This document shows, piece after piece, positions 51,643 to 62,812 of a DNA stretch of 64,000 nucleotides. Under the pieces are notes generated by a model. That model saw nothing but the letters and a program-made list of their open reading frames with translations, made no database searches and was not told the origin of the DNA. The position numbers and the translations under genes are program-made. Origin of the DNA: Octopus bimaculoides (taxonomy: Eukaryota); contig NC_069000.1 of assembly GCF_001194135.2 (NCBI RefSeq), forward strand, positions 10,695,583-10,759,582, written 5' to 3'. Each line of letters begins with the position of its first letter. The first letter of the stretch is position 1.

Positions 51643-51698
51643 AATTTGTCAAAATATTTTCGTCGCTTTGAGACCGCGACCTGTTCACTGACAAAATT
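51643..51698 (-). ncRNA. Minimal type I hammerhead-like fold with swapped G3-C8 core, inside a ~150-nt element (51561-51707) flanked by (TA)n
   Basis: Minus strand: UUUGUCA-GUGAACA-g-GUCGC(ggucucaaa)GCGAC-GAAA-auau-UU-UGACAAA. Perfect 7-bp stem I, perfect 5-bp stem II, palindromic AAUAUU stem III. Confidence 0.65.
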
Positions 51699-51704
51699 CT
51701 GTGC

Positions 51705-51742
<38 letters not shown>

Positions 51743-52684
51743 CACATATATACGACGGGCTTCTTTCAGTTTCCGTCTACCAAATCCACTNNNNNNNNNN
51801 NNNNNNNNNNNNNNNNNNNNNNNNNNNNNNNNNNNNNNNNNNNNNNNNNNNNNNNNNNNNNNNNNNNNNNNNNNNNNNNNNNNNNNNNNNNNNNNNNNNN
51901 NNNNNNNNNNNNNNNNNNNNNNNNNNNNNNNNNNNNNNNNNNNNNNNNNNNNNNNNNNNNNNNNNNNNNNNNNNNNNNNNNNNNNNNNNNNNNNNNNNNN
52001 NNNNNNNNNNNNNNNNNNNNNNNNNNNNNNNNNNNNNNNNNNNNNNNNNNNNNNNNNNNNNNNNNNNNNNNNNNNNNNNNNNNNNNNNNNNNNNNNNNNN
52101 NNNNNNNNNNNNNNNNNNNNNNNNNNNNNNNNNNNNNNNNNNNNNNNNNNNNNNNNNNNNNNNNNNNNNNNNNNNNNNNNNNNNNNNNNNNNNNNNNNNN
52201 NNNNNNNNNNNNNNNNNNNNNNNNNNNNNNNNNNNNNNNNNNNNNNNNNNNNNNNNNNNNNNNNNNNNNNNNNNNNNNNNNNNNNNNNNNNNNNNNNNNN
52301 NNNNNNNNNNNNNNNNNNNNNNNNNNNNNNNNNNNNNNNNNNNNNNNNNNNNNNNNNNNNNNNNNNNNNNNNNNNNNNNNNNNNNNNNNNNNNNNNNNNN
52401 NNNNNNNNNNNNNNNNNNNNNNNNNNNNNNNNNNNNNNNNNNNNNNNNNNNNNNNNNNNNNNNNNNNNNNNNNNNNNNNNNNNNNNNNNNNNNNNNNNNN
52501 NNNNNNNNNNNNNNNNNNNNNNNNNNNNNNNNNNNNNNNNNNNNNNNNNNNNNNNNNNNNNNNNNNNNNNNNNNNNNNNNNNNNNNNNNNNNNNNNNNNN
52601 NNNNNNNNNNNNNNNNNNNNNNNNNNNNNNNNNNNNNNNNNNNNNNNNNNNNNNNNNNNNNNNNNNNNNNNNNNNNNNNNNNNN

Positions 52685-52725
<41 letters not shown>

Positions 52726-53106
52726 CACGCGCACGAGAGTGTATAGACTAGGAGAGAAAATGTACTCCAAAACATGAAGTTGATATTTATGACTTGATGC
52801 GTGATTGATGGCTTCTCGACGCAGACACTCCGAGTTTCTTCTTTCGTGCGTTCGTTTCAAGCTACGGAAAGAAATGAGTGCGCGCGAACGCACGTTCACA
52901 CGTCTCTCTTCCCCACTCTCTGTCTGTCTGCGTGTATGTATGTATGTATGTATACACATACACGCTCTCATTAAGGAATCGCTATAAGATAATGGAANNN
53001 NNNNNNNGGCTATAGTAGAAGACACTTGCCTAAGGTGCCACAGAGTGGGATTGAACCTCGAGACCATGTGGTTGGGAAGCAAGCTACTTACCACACAGCC
53101 ACTCTT

Positions 53107-53159
<53 letters not shown>

Positions 53160-53444
53160 TAAGATGTGTGTATATGTCTATCCATGTATGTATATATATG
53201 TGTACAGTTACGTGTCTGTTTGCATATAATACCTACATATATTGAAGTTGGTGCCCAGCCTGGCCTTGACCGTGATGGCTAAAGTGAAGAGAACAGTGTC
53301 TCACACTGTTTTCTCTCTCGATGTATACATATATATATATATATATATACATACACACACGCTTAACGTTTCTAGAGAGAATATAGATTGAAAAAGAGAT
53401 AATTAGTCGTCATTATTCCTCCCCCTCCTCCTTTTTTTTTATCT

Positions 53445-53540
53445 AGGCAAGATGTCCGACCTATCACGTGACGTACTACTGCCGAGAACAAAATGTCTTT
53501 AGACGAGCAACCCGCCACCGTCGCCTCACCGAGTTATTTC
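53445..53540. promoter_or_regulatory. CpG-rich promoter-like segment
   Basis: Non-repetitive and CpG-dense, with a TCACGTGAC E-box at about 53464-53472 and a YY1-like caagatg. No transcript evidence. Confidence 0.25.
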
Positions 53541-53543
53541 CTC

Positions 53544-53582
<39 letters not shown>

Positions 53583-54518
53583 GTGTGTGTGTATGTATAT
53601 ATATATATNNNNNNNNNNNNNNNNNNNNNNNNNNNNNNNNNNNNNNNNNNNNNNNNNNNNNNNNNNNNNNNNNNNNNNNNNNNNNNNNNNNNNNNNNNNN
53701 NNNNNNNNNNNNNNNNNNNNNNNNNNNNNNNNNNNNNNNNNNNNNNNNNNNNNNNNNNNNNNNNNNNNNNNNNNNNNNNNNNNNNNNNNNNNNNNNNNNN
53801 NNNNNNNNNNNNNNNNNNNNNNNNNNNNNNNNNNNNNNNNNNNNNNNNNNNNNNNNNNNNNNNNNNNNNNNNNNNNNNNNNNNNNNNNNNNNNNNNNNNN
53901 NNNNNNNNNNNNNNNNNNNNNNNNNNNNNNNNNNNNNNNNNNNNNNNNNNNNNNNNNNNNNNNNNNNNNNNNNNNNNNNNNNNNNNNNNNNNNNNNNNNN
54001 NNNNNNNNNNNNNNNNNNNNNNNNNNNNNNNNNNNNNNNNNNNNNNNNNNNNNNNNNNNNNNNNNNNNNNNNNNNNNNNNNNNNNNNNNNNNNNNNNNNN
54101 NNNNNNNNNNNNNNNNNNNNNNNNNNNNNNNNNNNNNNNNNNNNNNNNNNNNNNNNNNNNNNNNNNNNNNNNNNNNNNNNNNNNNNNNNNNNNNNNNNNN
54201 NNNNNNNNNNNNNNNNNNNNNNNNNNNNNNNNNNNNNNNNNNNNNNNNNNNNNNNNNNNNNNNNNNNNNNNNNNNNNNNNNNNNNNNNNNNNNNNNNNNN
54301 NNNNNNNNNNNNNNNNNNNNNNNNNNNNNNNNNNNNNNNNNNNNNNNNNNNNNNNNNNNNNNNNNNNNNNNNNNNNNNNNNNNNNNNNNNNNNNNNNNNN
54401 NNNNNNNNNNNNNNNNNNNNNNNNNNNNNNNNNNNNNNNNNNNNNNNNNNNNNNNNNNNNNNNNNNNNNNNNNNNNNNNNNNNNNNNNNNNNNNNNNNNN
54501 NNNNNNNNNNNNNNNNNN

Positions 54519-54648
54519 TCATAACGTGAAACTCCGAGTAACAGTCTTTTGTTATTTTTCTGCTGCTTTTAAATAAAGCATATTACTCTACCTCTGGTAT
54601 TTGAGTACTCTTTTTCCCACCTTGTTGCACATTTCATGTGCTTACTCC

Positions 54649-54655
<7 letters not shown>
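54519..54655 (+). mobile_element. Gap-truncated short element ending in (TA)n, carrying a hammerhead-like 3' half
   Basis: GAAA-cu(ccg)ag-UA-acaguc at 54528-54546. Confidence 0.35.
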
Positions 54656-54690
<35 letters not shown>

Positions 54691-55241
54691 CACACACACA
54701 TGCACGTATATAATCTTTAATTACCATTGTACGAAACTCTCGGCCCTTGAGTCACATTTCTAACTTAGTACATATATATCCGGTATTGAGTTCTATTTCT
54801 GCTATACTAAACGTCACTGTCTATCTCTCTCTTCCCCCCTCTCTCTCTCCTATCTGTGTGTGTGCTTGTCCAGAGGAGAAAGAGGCTTACACATAATAAT
54901 AGATAAACAGATAAAGAAAGAGGTTATGCTGTTCGATTATTCACACGTTCTGTTCCCCTCCTTCCCAGCCCCAGTCACGTATTAGCTCCATATGTTGAGA
55001 GTTGGAATCTTGTGCCTGCATGTCTTCGATTTTAAATTCTTTCGGGTTGTGTGTGATGGTATAAACATTATGAACGTATCTGTCGCGATGTATGCCATAG
55101 CATTTCACCAATGTGACCGAGTGTTTGCTACATAAACAAATAAACCAGTGAGGGCGCTAATGAAATGGACAAATAAACCACTGCGCTTGTGTACATTACA
55201 TGCATGCATGCATGCATGTATGTATGCCCACATAAACACAC

Positions 55242-55284
<43 letters not shown>

Positions 55285-55521
55285 TTGACAGATATACGAA
55301 TGCATCTTATGGACTCTTAGACGACTCACGCTCATATATATATATATGTGTTTGTATGTATGTATGTATACATGCATGCATGTGTGTGTGTATGTATGTA
55401 TGCATGCATATATATGCATGCATGCATGTATTTAATCATGCATATATATGTGTGTGTATATATATATATATATANNNNNNNNNNATGCATGCACGTATGT
55501 ATGTATATATATGTGTGTGTG

Positions 55522-55553
<32 letters not shown>

Positions 55554-56816
55554 AGAGAAGCAAGTTTTTTTTTTTTAATTGATTTTCCGTCAGCACGTAT
55601 TTTGCAGAAAGAAACTCCTGGTTTTCAGTTAATTTTGCTGTTGGTATTAAATTTTATTTCTTTCTCGTTTCCGCTTTCCTTTCTGTACGTCTCTCTCTCT
55701 CTCTCTCTCTGTTCTACACACACACACTCTTTATTTTACACACAGCACGTCTTTTTCATATATACAATGTACATACATACATACATATATATATATGTAT
55801 ATTTCCTTGTGTCGATAGACATTTCAGGTTTATGTGTATATGTGTGTACGCATATATGTATATATTGTTTTATGCGCTCTGAGATGTGCACGGAAATACA
55901 TACGTTCGTAGTGTGTACTTCGCACTGAATAAATATAGTGGAATATATATATATTCTTTTCTTCTGTCACTTGTTTCAGTTATTCGACTGCGGCCATGCT
56001 GGAGCACCGTCTTACAGGGTTTTAGTAGAAGAAATCATCCTCAGGCTTATTGTTTGTAAGCCTAGTACTTATTCTATCGGTGTCTGTTGCCGATCCGCTA
56101 AGCTACGGGTGACATAAACACACCAGCATCGATTGTCAAGCGATGGCGGAGACACACACACATATAGTCATCCATTAATACACTATGTATTGGGAAAAAT
56201 AATAAGACGAGGGGGATCACGACTGGAATGTCTCCCCCTCCAGTTGTGGTTAATCAGTATTGACCTAGGGCTATATAACTACAAATGTTTTAATGACTTG
56301 GTTGCTATTCCACTTTACGTTCTGTGTTCAAATTCTACGAGGGGTGAGTTTACCGTTCACTTTTCTGGGGTTGATTAAATCGCTGTAAGACTCTCTTCTC
56401 GCGCTGATAACATGTTCCATGTTGAAGTGACAACCCCAAATCTCGGAAAAATCAAACTGGGTTCACAAAACCGAAATCTTAATTTAAAACATATATAGCC
56501 TTGCGGCGACAGCAAAGTAAAGATATTGGCAAACTGGGACGGGTTTCAGTCTTATCAGGCCTTCTCAGCGAAGGTCTGATACTCTTTACCGTTCTTGTTA
56601 GGTCTGTAATAATAATAGAATTGTACACTAATAGGCCTAACAATATAATATAATGACCGAGAGCAATTGTTGGCCAGAGACATGAATTAATCAAGACTAT
56701 TCCTACATTGAGGGAAATACTTAAAAATCAATCTTCAAATCTGTTCAATACACAAACCTCAGACAATCAAAATAGGCCGTCACTGATGTATCATTTATTC
56801 TTATATTGGAAATAAG

Positions 56817-57122
56817 TGTAGTAACGACGTGCGCATGCGTAGTCTCACGCATGCGTGGAATTCAACAACCAAGCTTTCCCGCTTTGATCGACCTCTTTCT
56901 TGCTGGCCAGCGATTGAGCAAGGACGTGTCTAGCTGTCTCTCCATCTTTCGAACTCACGCTAGACAGCTCACATCAATATACCAACGTCCCAACAACCAT
57001 GTTCTGATACACCGAAGACGTCTCAACAAACAAGATTAAAGATGTATATTTTCCACCATGAATAAATGTTGTTTGTGTTGATAGTCTGGAGTTCAGTGTT
57101 CAGTTCAATTCCTAATTTAATA
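56817..57122 (+). mobile_element. Probable solo LTR, 306 bp
   Basis: Starts TGTAGT, has AATAAA at 57061, and ends cctaatttaaTA (CA expected). Flanks taag / tagg form a 3/4 TSD. Composition is distinct from the flanks. Confidence 0.5.
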
Positions 57123-57627
57123 TAGGAAAGTCAGGTGTACATCTAATGATGTATAACCCACTTTCCTATATAAGTATGAGATAGGATTGNNNNNNNNNNN
57201 NNNNNNNNNNNNNNNNNNNNNNNNNNNNNNNNNNNNNNNNNNNNNNNNNNNNNNNNNNNNNNNNNNNNNNNNNNNNNNNNNNNNNNNNNNNNNNNNNNNN
57301 NNNNNNNNNNNNNNNNNNNNNNNNNNNNNNNNNNNNNNNNNNNNNNNNNNNNNNNNNNNNNNNNNNNNNNNNNNNNNNNNNNNNNNNNNNNNNNNNNNNN
57401 NNNNNNNNNNNNNNNNNNNNNNNNNNNNNNNNNNNNNNNNNNNNNNNNNNNNNNNNNNNNNNNNNNNNNNNNNNNNNNNNNNNNNNNNNNNNNNNNNNNN
57501 NNNNNNNNNNNNNNNNNNNNNNNNNNNNNNNNNNNNNNNNNNNNNNNNNNNNNNNNNNNNNNNNNNNNNNNNNNNNNNNNNNNNNNNNNNNNNNNNNNNN
57601 NNNNNNNNNNNNNNNNNNNNNNNNNNA

Positions 57628-57925
57628 ATCAACCCCAGGACTTATTATTTATCTTGTAAAGCCTGGTACTTATTCTATCAGTCTGTTTGCTGAACCGCTA
57701 AGTTACGGGGACGTAAATACACCAACACCGGTTGTCAAGAGGAGGTGGGGGACACAGACCCAAAGAACACACACAAATGTACGACGAGCTTCTACCACAT
57801 CCACTCACAAGGTTTTGGTCAGCCTGAGGCTATAGAAGAGACTTGCCCAAGGTGTTACACTGGGACTGAACCTGGGACCATTTAGTTGGGAAGCAAGCTT
57901 CTTACCACACAGCCACGCCTGCACC
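57628..57925 (-). mobile_element. Composite SINE A-B
   Basis: Reverse complement of the A and B texts. Confidence 0.85.
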
Positions 57926-58333
57926 TATTAGAATATTGACGAGCTTGCCAAGATTCGAACCCGGAATCTTCCGATCCGTTGCCATTGCATCACAATAGAG
58001 TAGAGAAATTTGACTACTATTTCTAGCAAGTCAAACAACCGCGTGCATGACACGTCGCTGGCACGTGTGTTTTCTTGTTGGATAGTCTGGAAATAATGAT
58101 TTCTTACATTAGTACAAGCCAAGAGAATGGCTAAAATCGATTGAGTCTCGATTCCATTATATGATTGATATATATTTTATCGATCCCAGGGAGAAAGAGT
58201 GAAAGACAAAGTCGACATAGGCGGATTTCAACTCGGAACGTAAAGAAACGTAGCCGAATAGCGCCAGGCATTTAGTTAGCCATTTCCACTGCGTTCTTTA
58301 ATTGCTGAGCTTAACACCATGCGTAATTGACGC

Positions 58334-58945
58334 AAGCGTGGCTCTGAGGTTAAGAAGATTGGTTTGCCACCACACGGTTTCTGGTTCAGTCCGAATGTGC
58401 GGCGTTTTGAGCGCGTGATTTCTAACACCTGGGCCAACCAACGCCGCGTGAGTGAATTTGGTTGACGGAAACTATGTGGAAGCTCGTCGTGTGTGTGTGT
58501 TTGTTTGCCACACTGCTTGACAACCAGTGTCGGTTTTATTTGTACTAGAGTCGATTTGTTCGACTAAAGGGCGATCTTTCGGTACGAGTCCTAAATATCG
58601 GCCTTTTCCGTAAAAAGTGTTGGAGAGAAACAGGGAAACGACGTCATAACAGCGAAAGACATACAGAGAGTGCGATTTATTTTGAAGGGTTTAGAGTTAG
58701 GGTTAGGTTTACGTTTTAGGGTTTGCGTTAGGGAATTCCGTCCCTAACCGTAACCGTAACCCTAACACCGTAGTGAAGATCGTGCGGGTGTTACGGAAAA
58801 GGCCGATCTTTGGTAAAGATCGCCAAAGACACTTTTTACGGAAAAGGGCCGATATTTAGGACTCGTACCGTAAGATCACCGACTAAAGCCCTTCAAGGCA
58901 TTGCTCTAGCATGGCCACAATCTCATGACTGAAATAAGTAAATGA
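58334..58945 (+). mobile_element. Composite SINE A-B interrupted by a MITE
   Basis: The B text gtcgatttgttcgactaaag|cccttcaaggc is split by 58570-58880. Confidence 0.85.
58570..58880. mobile_element. 311-bp MITE, ~52-bp TIRs beginning GG, perfect 8-bp TSD (Merlin-like), internal telomere-like repeats
   Basis: TIRs 58570-58620 and 58829-58880 (ggcgatctttcggtacgagtcctaaatatcggcc..ttttccgtaaaaagtgt); TSD gactaaag at 58562-58569 and 58881-58888. Confidence 0.9.
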
Positions 58946-59184
58946 CAAAAAAGAAAAATATATTTTTAGTTCAGAGTATTCGGAACCAAAGCACTGATTA
59001 ACGCAGTGTTTTTCTCGGGGGAACTGTGATGATTGGAACAGGAGCGAAGAGATTGCCATGTTTAATTAAAGTGTGATGGTTTTTAGTCATCATTTTAATT
59101 TATTCGACACCATGGCGAAGAAGGAAGGAAGAGTTATGCGGATGTAACCTCTATTTTGTTTTCTCGTCATGAGAACAAACGGGG

Positions 59185-59400
59185 GAAGTAAGCGTGCCAG
59201 CAGACTAGTTGGAATGTCAGACAAAATTGCCTCGCGGCATGTCTTCCGATTCGCTACGTTCTGAGTTCAAATTCCGCCTGGGCCAGCTTCGCCGTTCATA
59301 CCTCTGGTAGTCGATAAAAATAAAGTTTCCGGTTAAGTACTGGAGTGGATGTAATCGACTTGTGGCACCCTCTACTCAGAATTGCTAGTCTCGTACTGGA
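59185..59400 (+). mobile_element. SINE family C, CpG-retaining diverged copy
   Basis: gagttcaaattccgcc...gccgttcatacctctggtagtcgataaaaataaag. Confidence 0.7.
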
Positions 59401-59593
59401 GGTAGGTGGTATTTTTAGCAGTTGGACTAAATGGTACCGTGTAACTAAAACGCTTTTATTTCTTTAGACTGTGAACCTTTGGATGCGACTAAATACGATT
59501 CCTGTTTACAATAATTTGGCAACTTGGGAATAAAAGTGATTAGAGTGGACTGTCCTATTTTACTTCTCTGGACTTCCATAGTCATTCACCGTA

Positions 59594-59812
59594 CGAAGGG
59601 AGGCTGAAAAGTTCCTGGCTTTGGATAAAAGAAAACACAGGAAGATCAGTTAATTATGATTTTATTCAACATATTCTCCTTCTCAGATTCACACACTTAT
59701 TGCAACTGTCCTTCAGTTTTTCTTAAACCTGTAAAAATTACTCGGAAGATTGGGCTTCCAACCAGGCCTTTCGCGACACCTTTAAAATCAGAAACTTTTC
59801 AGGACCCCCTCG
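59594..59812. mobile_element. Mariner-type MITE, ~219 bp
   Basis: TA|cgaagggaggctgaaaagttcctg ... cagaaacttttcaggaccccctcg|aa: imperfect 24-bp TIR of the mariner type; right TA mutated. Confidence 0.8.
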
Positions 59813-61799
59813 AATATAATCTTACTGTGTTTTTATGATTAAATATTATTAAGAACTGTAAAAAGAAAATCTAAATATTTGGTGTATTATAGAAGTATAA
59901 GCTAGTTTATTGCCCATAGATTTTAAGAATAAAAATCTTATATGCAATCCGTTTGAGACCCACTGGTCTATACTAAAGTCCAGAATACTTTCTATAAAGC
60001 CTCTCCGATGTGATTGAGATTATAATACAAGAAACTTCATTAGGAATGCTGGCGGGGAGTACATTGTGTTGAGTAGTAACAGCCGGCCTCCTACAGATCG
60101 AACAGCTTGTTGTTCTGTTCGTATCCCAACAATGCTTTCAGTACATGATCAATATTTGCCGACTCGGTCCATCTCGCTGTAAATAAGTTACATTGGAACA
60201 TATTTCTTACCACTATTAGCTACAACGTCTTTATTATAGGTCATGCTTAATCAGAGTCCCTTTGAAATTAAAACAGCAAGAGTTATTACACAGATACTGC
60301 TGGTTTACAGTGAATGAGAAGTTAAAGATCATCTTCTTTTAGGTCTGCTGTGGCAGGGTTCTGTTTCGTTCGTTTTGCTTTCTGCCAGTTTCGTTTTAAA
60401 CGAATCACTCGAGTAAAAACGATCCTCGTGGAACAACAACAAGCGCTCGACAAACTTAAAAACTTGCAAGCATTTTTCACTTCCAAGGTGCAGTCATTTC
60501 ACTACACTCCCCTTCTCGTTGGGAGACAACTTGGTATACGATACCATTTTTTGAGTAAACAGCTGTCAGTCAGCTCACTGCAATTTATTGTCCAAAAGTA
60601 TTTCTGAGTGCTAGCCGTGACGGAATGGGGATTAGCAAAGAAAATGAAACGAAACCAATAAATGATACTTCGGTGCATTTTCTTAAAGCTATTAGTTTAT
60701 CTCCCTCACCTCACTACAATTTTGTCCTTGTTAACATTTCAACACGGAAAGTTAAATAAATCGCCAAGTTTAAAGATACAAACCGTTGACAGTCTTAAAT
60801 TTATTAAACCTTTTTTAGTTGGTAGTATTGGGAGGATGACGGTAGGGTTGGTCGTTGACGTGATGGTATTGGCAATAGCCTAATAACTCTTCTGATTTAT
60901 AAACGTCATCTTTTTTTTATTATTATTTTGTCTTTCGAACAGTGTGTTCTCTAATCGTTTTCGGGTATCATATTTCTATATGAATTATACACTTTATTTC
61001 ACGTTGCTCCAGTTCATTCAGCTGTAGAAATGAGTAGCGATGTCACTGGTGCCAAGCTGTATCGGGACTTGGCTAAATACTCACACCGATTTGTCTGAAT
61101 GAGGATGGTTGTTGAATCTTTCCTTGAACTTTACTTCAGTCATGCTTATATATCGTCTACGTACCGTATCGAGGTTTTGTTGCTTTTTTTTCTTTTGGGA
61201 ATTAACGTCTGCTTCGTAAATTTGGGCAAGACATATTTAGTAGTCTTTCGTTGGCGTTCCTACAACTACATGGCCGCAGTGTTTGGAGGGCGGGTGGAGA
61301 CCTAGGGTATTGTATTCTCCGTGTTTGTGGTACAACTGTACTTGGAGAGGAAAGGATTTGTGAACTATATGATAATATAGCCCGTTTTTCCTAGCTGTGA
61401 GGGAATTAGGCAAGTGGGTACTTTTGTCCTTGAATCCACAAAGCTTCATTGTGGGGGTCGATCTTATCAAATATGTTTTTATATGAAGAGAAATTGGAAA
61501 CCATTCTACTAATATTGGTGACTTTCTTTTTTTTTTTTTTTTTTTCAATTATGAGAGGTTTCCAAAAGGATTAAGTTAGTAATTAAATCTTGAGATAGCA
61601 TCGAGGAAGTTAACTGCAGTTAAAAGTTAGTAACTATAGTTATTTTTAGGCCAAAGGTTTGAATGACTAGTTAATGCCCTTCCGTAATGTATCTAAAAAT
61701 ATAATGTAATTATGTTTTGCACTTGCATCGAGTTCTTGAATTTAACTCATAGAAGTGTGTCTTGCGGCAAACATTTTGAATTCCACACACACACACATA

Positions 61800-61830
61800 C
61801 CATATTTACTCGTATATAAGTCGCACCCCC
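61800..61830 (+). mobile_element. Single Tc1/mariner-superfamily (Tc2/pogo-like) terminal fragment
   Basis: TA|ccatatttactcgtatataagtcgcacc resembles the CCGTATTT..CG..TATAAG.CGCAC termini; no partner end found. Confidence 0.45.
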
Positions 61831-61989
61831 TCCTTCAGCGTTAAATTTCGGTGCAACCCCCCCCCCCCCGGGTTGCCTCGTGTATTAGTTGCGTAGCAAT
61901 ATAGCTTATATTTATTATTATAAATATTTGTAAGGTTGGCTACCGAATGAATTGATATCGACGGGGAAGCGCCGGGACTACTAGTTTGA

Positions 61990-62215
61990 AATTGGTTTCA
62001 GATTTCGGCACAAGGCCAGCAATTTCGGGAGAGGGGTGAAGGTCGATTAAGTCGACCCAAGTGCTCAACTAGTAATTATTTTATCGATCCTCGAAACGAT
62101 GATAGGCAGAGTCAACCTCGGCGGAATTTGAACCCAGAACGTACAGACGGACGAAATGCCGCTCAGCATTTGTGTCCGGCATGCTAACGATTGTGCCAGC
62201 TCACCACTTTTCACT
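61990..62215 (-). mobile_element. SINE family C variant
   Basis: C core with CpGs intact. Confidence 0.85.
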
Positions 62216-62414
62216 AGTTTAATATTACGAGTAAACTGCTCCCTATTGCTGGAAAGTAAAACTATGTTCCTGCACAAGGACGACAACTATGGCATCAGAA
62301 AACATACAGACAAATGTGGATGGATTTGGTAACGAAGAATTTGTTGTCTTGTTAGGAGCCATTTGTGCCACCCCACCTGATTATATTGCTTTTGATTTTT
62401 TAAGATCTTTTATA

Positions 62415-62812
62415 TTTCGCTTGTTTCAGTGATTGGACTGCGACCATGCTGGGGCATCGTCTTAGAGGATTTTAATCCAACAAATCGATCCCAATACTTA
62501 TGGGGTTTTTTTTTCTTCTTTTAAGTATAGTACTTATTCTGTCGGTTCTTTTTTGCCGTATCGCTAAGTTACGAGGCAGTAAACCAACCAAGACCGGTTA
62601 CCAACCGGTGTGGAATGGGACGAACAGACACAAAGGTATTTATTTCTTTGTTTACACGGCGAGATTCCATACAGTTTCCATCTACCGAATTTACTCATGG
62701 TGTTGGTTGGCCTGAAGCTATAGTAGAAGACACTTATTATTTTGCCTAAGGTGCCGCGCGATGGGACTGAAACCGAAACCGCGTGGTCCCAAAGCGAGCT
62801 TTTTAGCCACAT
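62415..62812 (-). mobile_element. Composite SINE A-B
   Basis: Reverse complement of the A and B texts. Confidence 0.8.

Noticed and set aside
52820-52845. Minus-strand gaaactcggagt as a hammerhead 3' half
   Set aside because: No upstream core, and position 17 would be G.
682-57693. Long ORFs containing X runs or YI/CV/HT repeats
   Set aside because: Artefacts of N gaps and dinucleotide microsatellites.
59111-59142. Kozak-like caccATGG first exon (MAKKEGRVMR)
   Set aside because: Too short, with no phase-compatible downstream exon identified.
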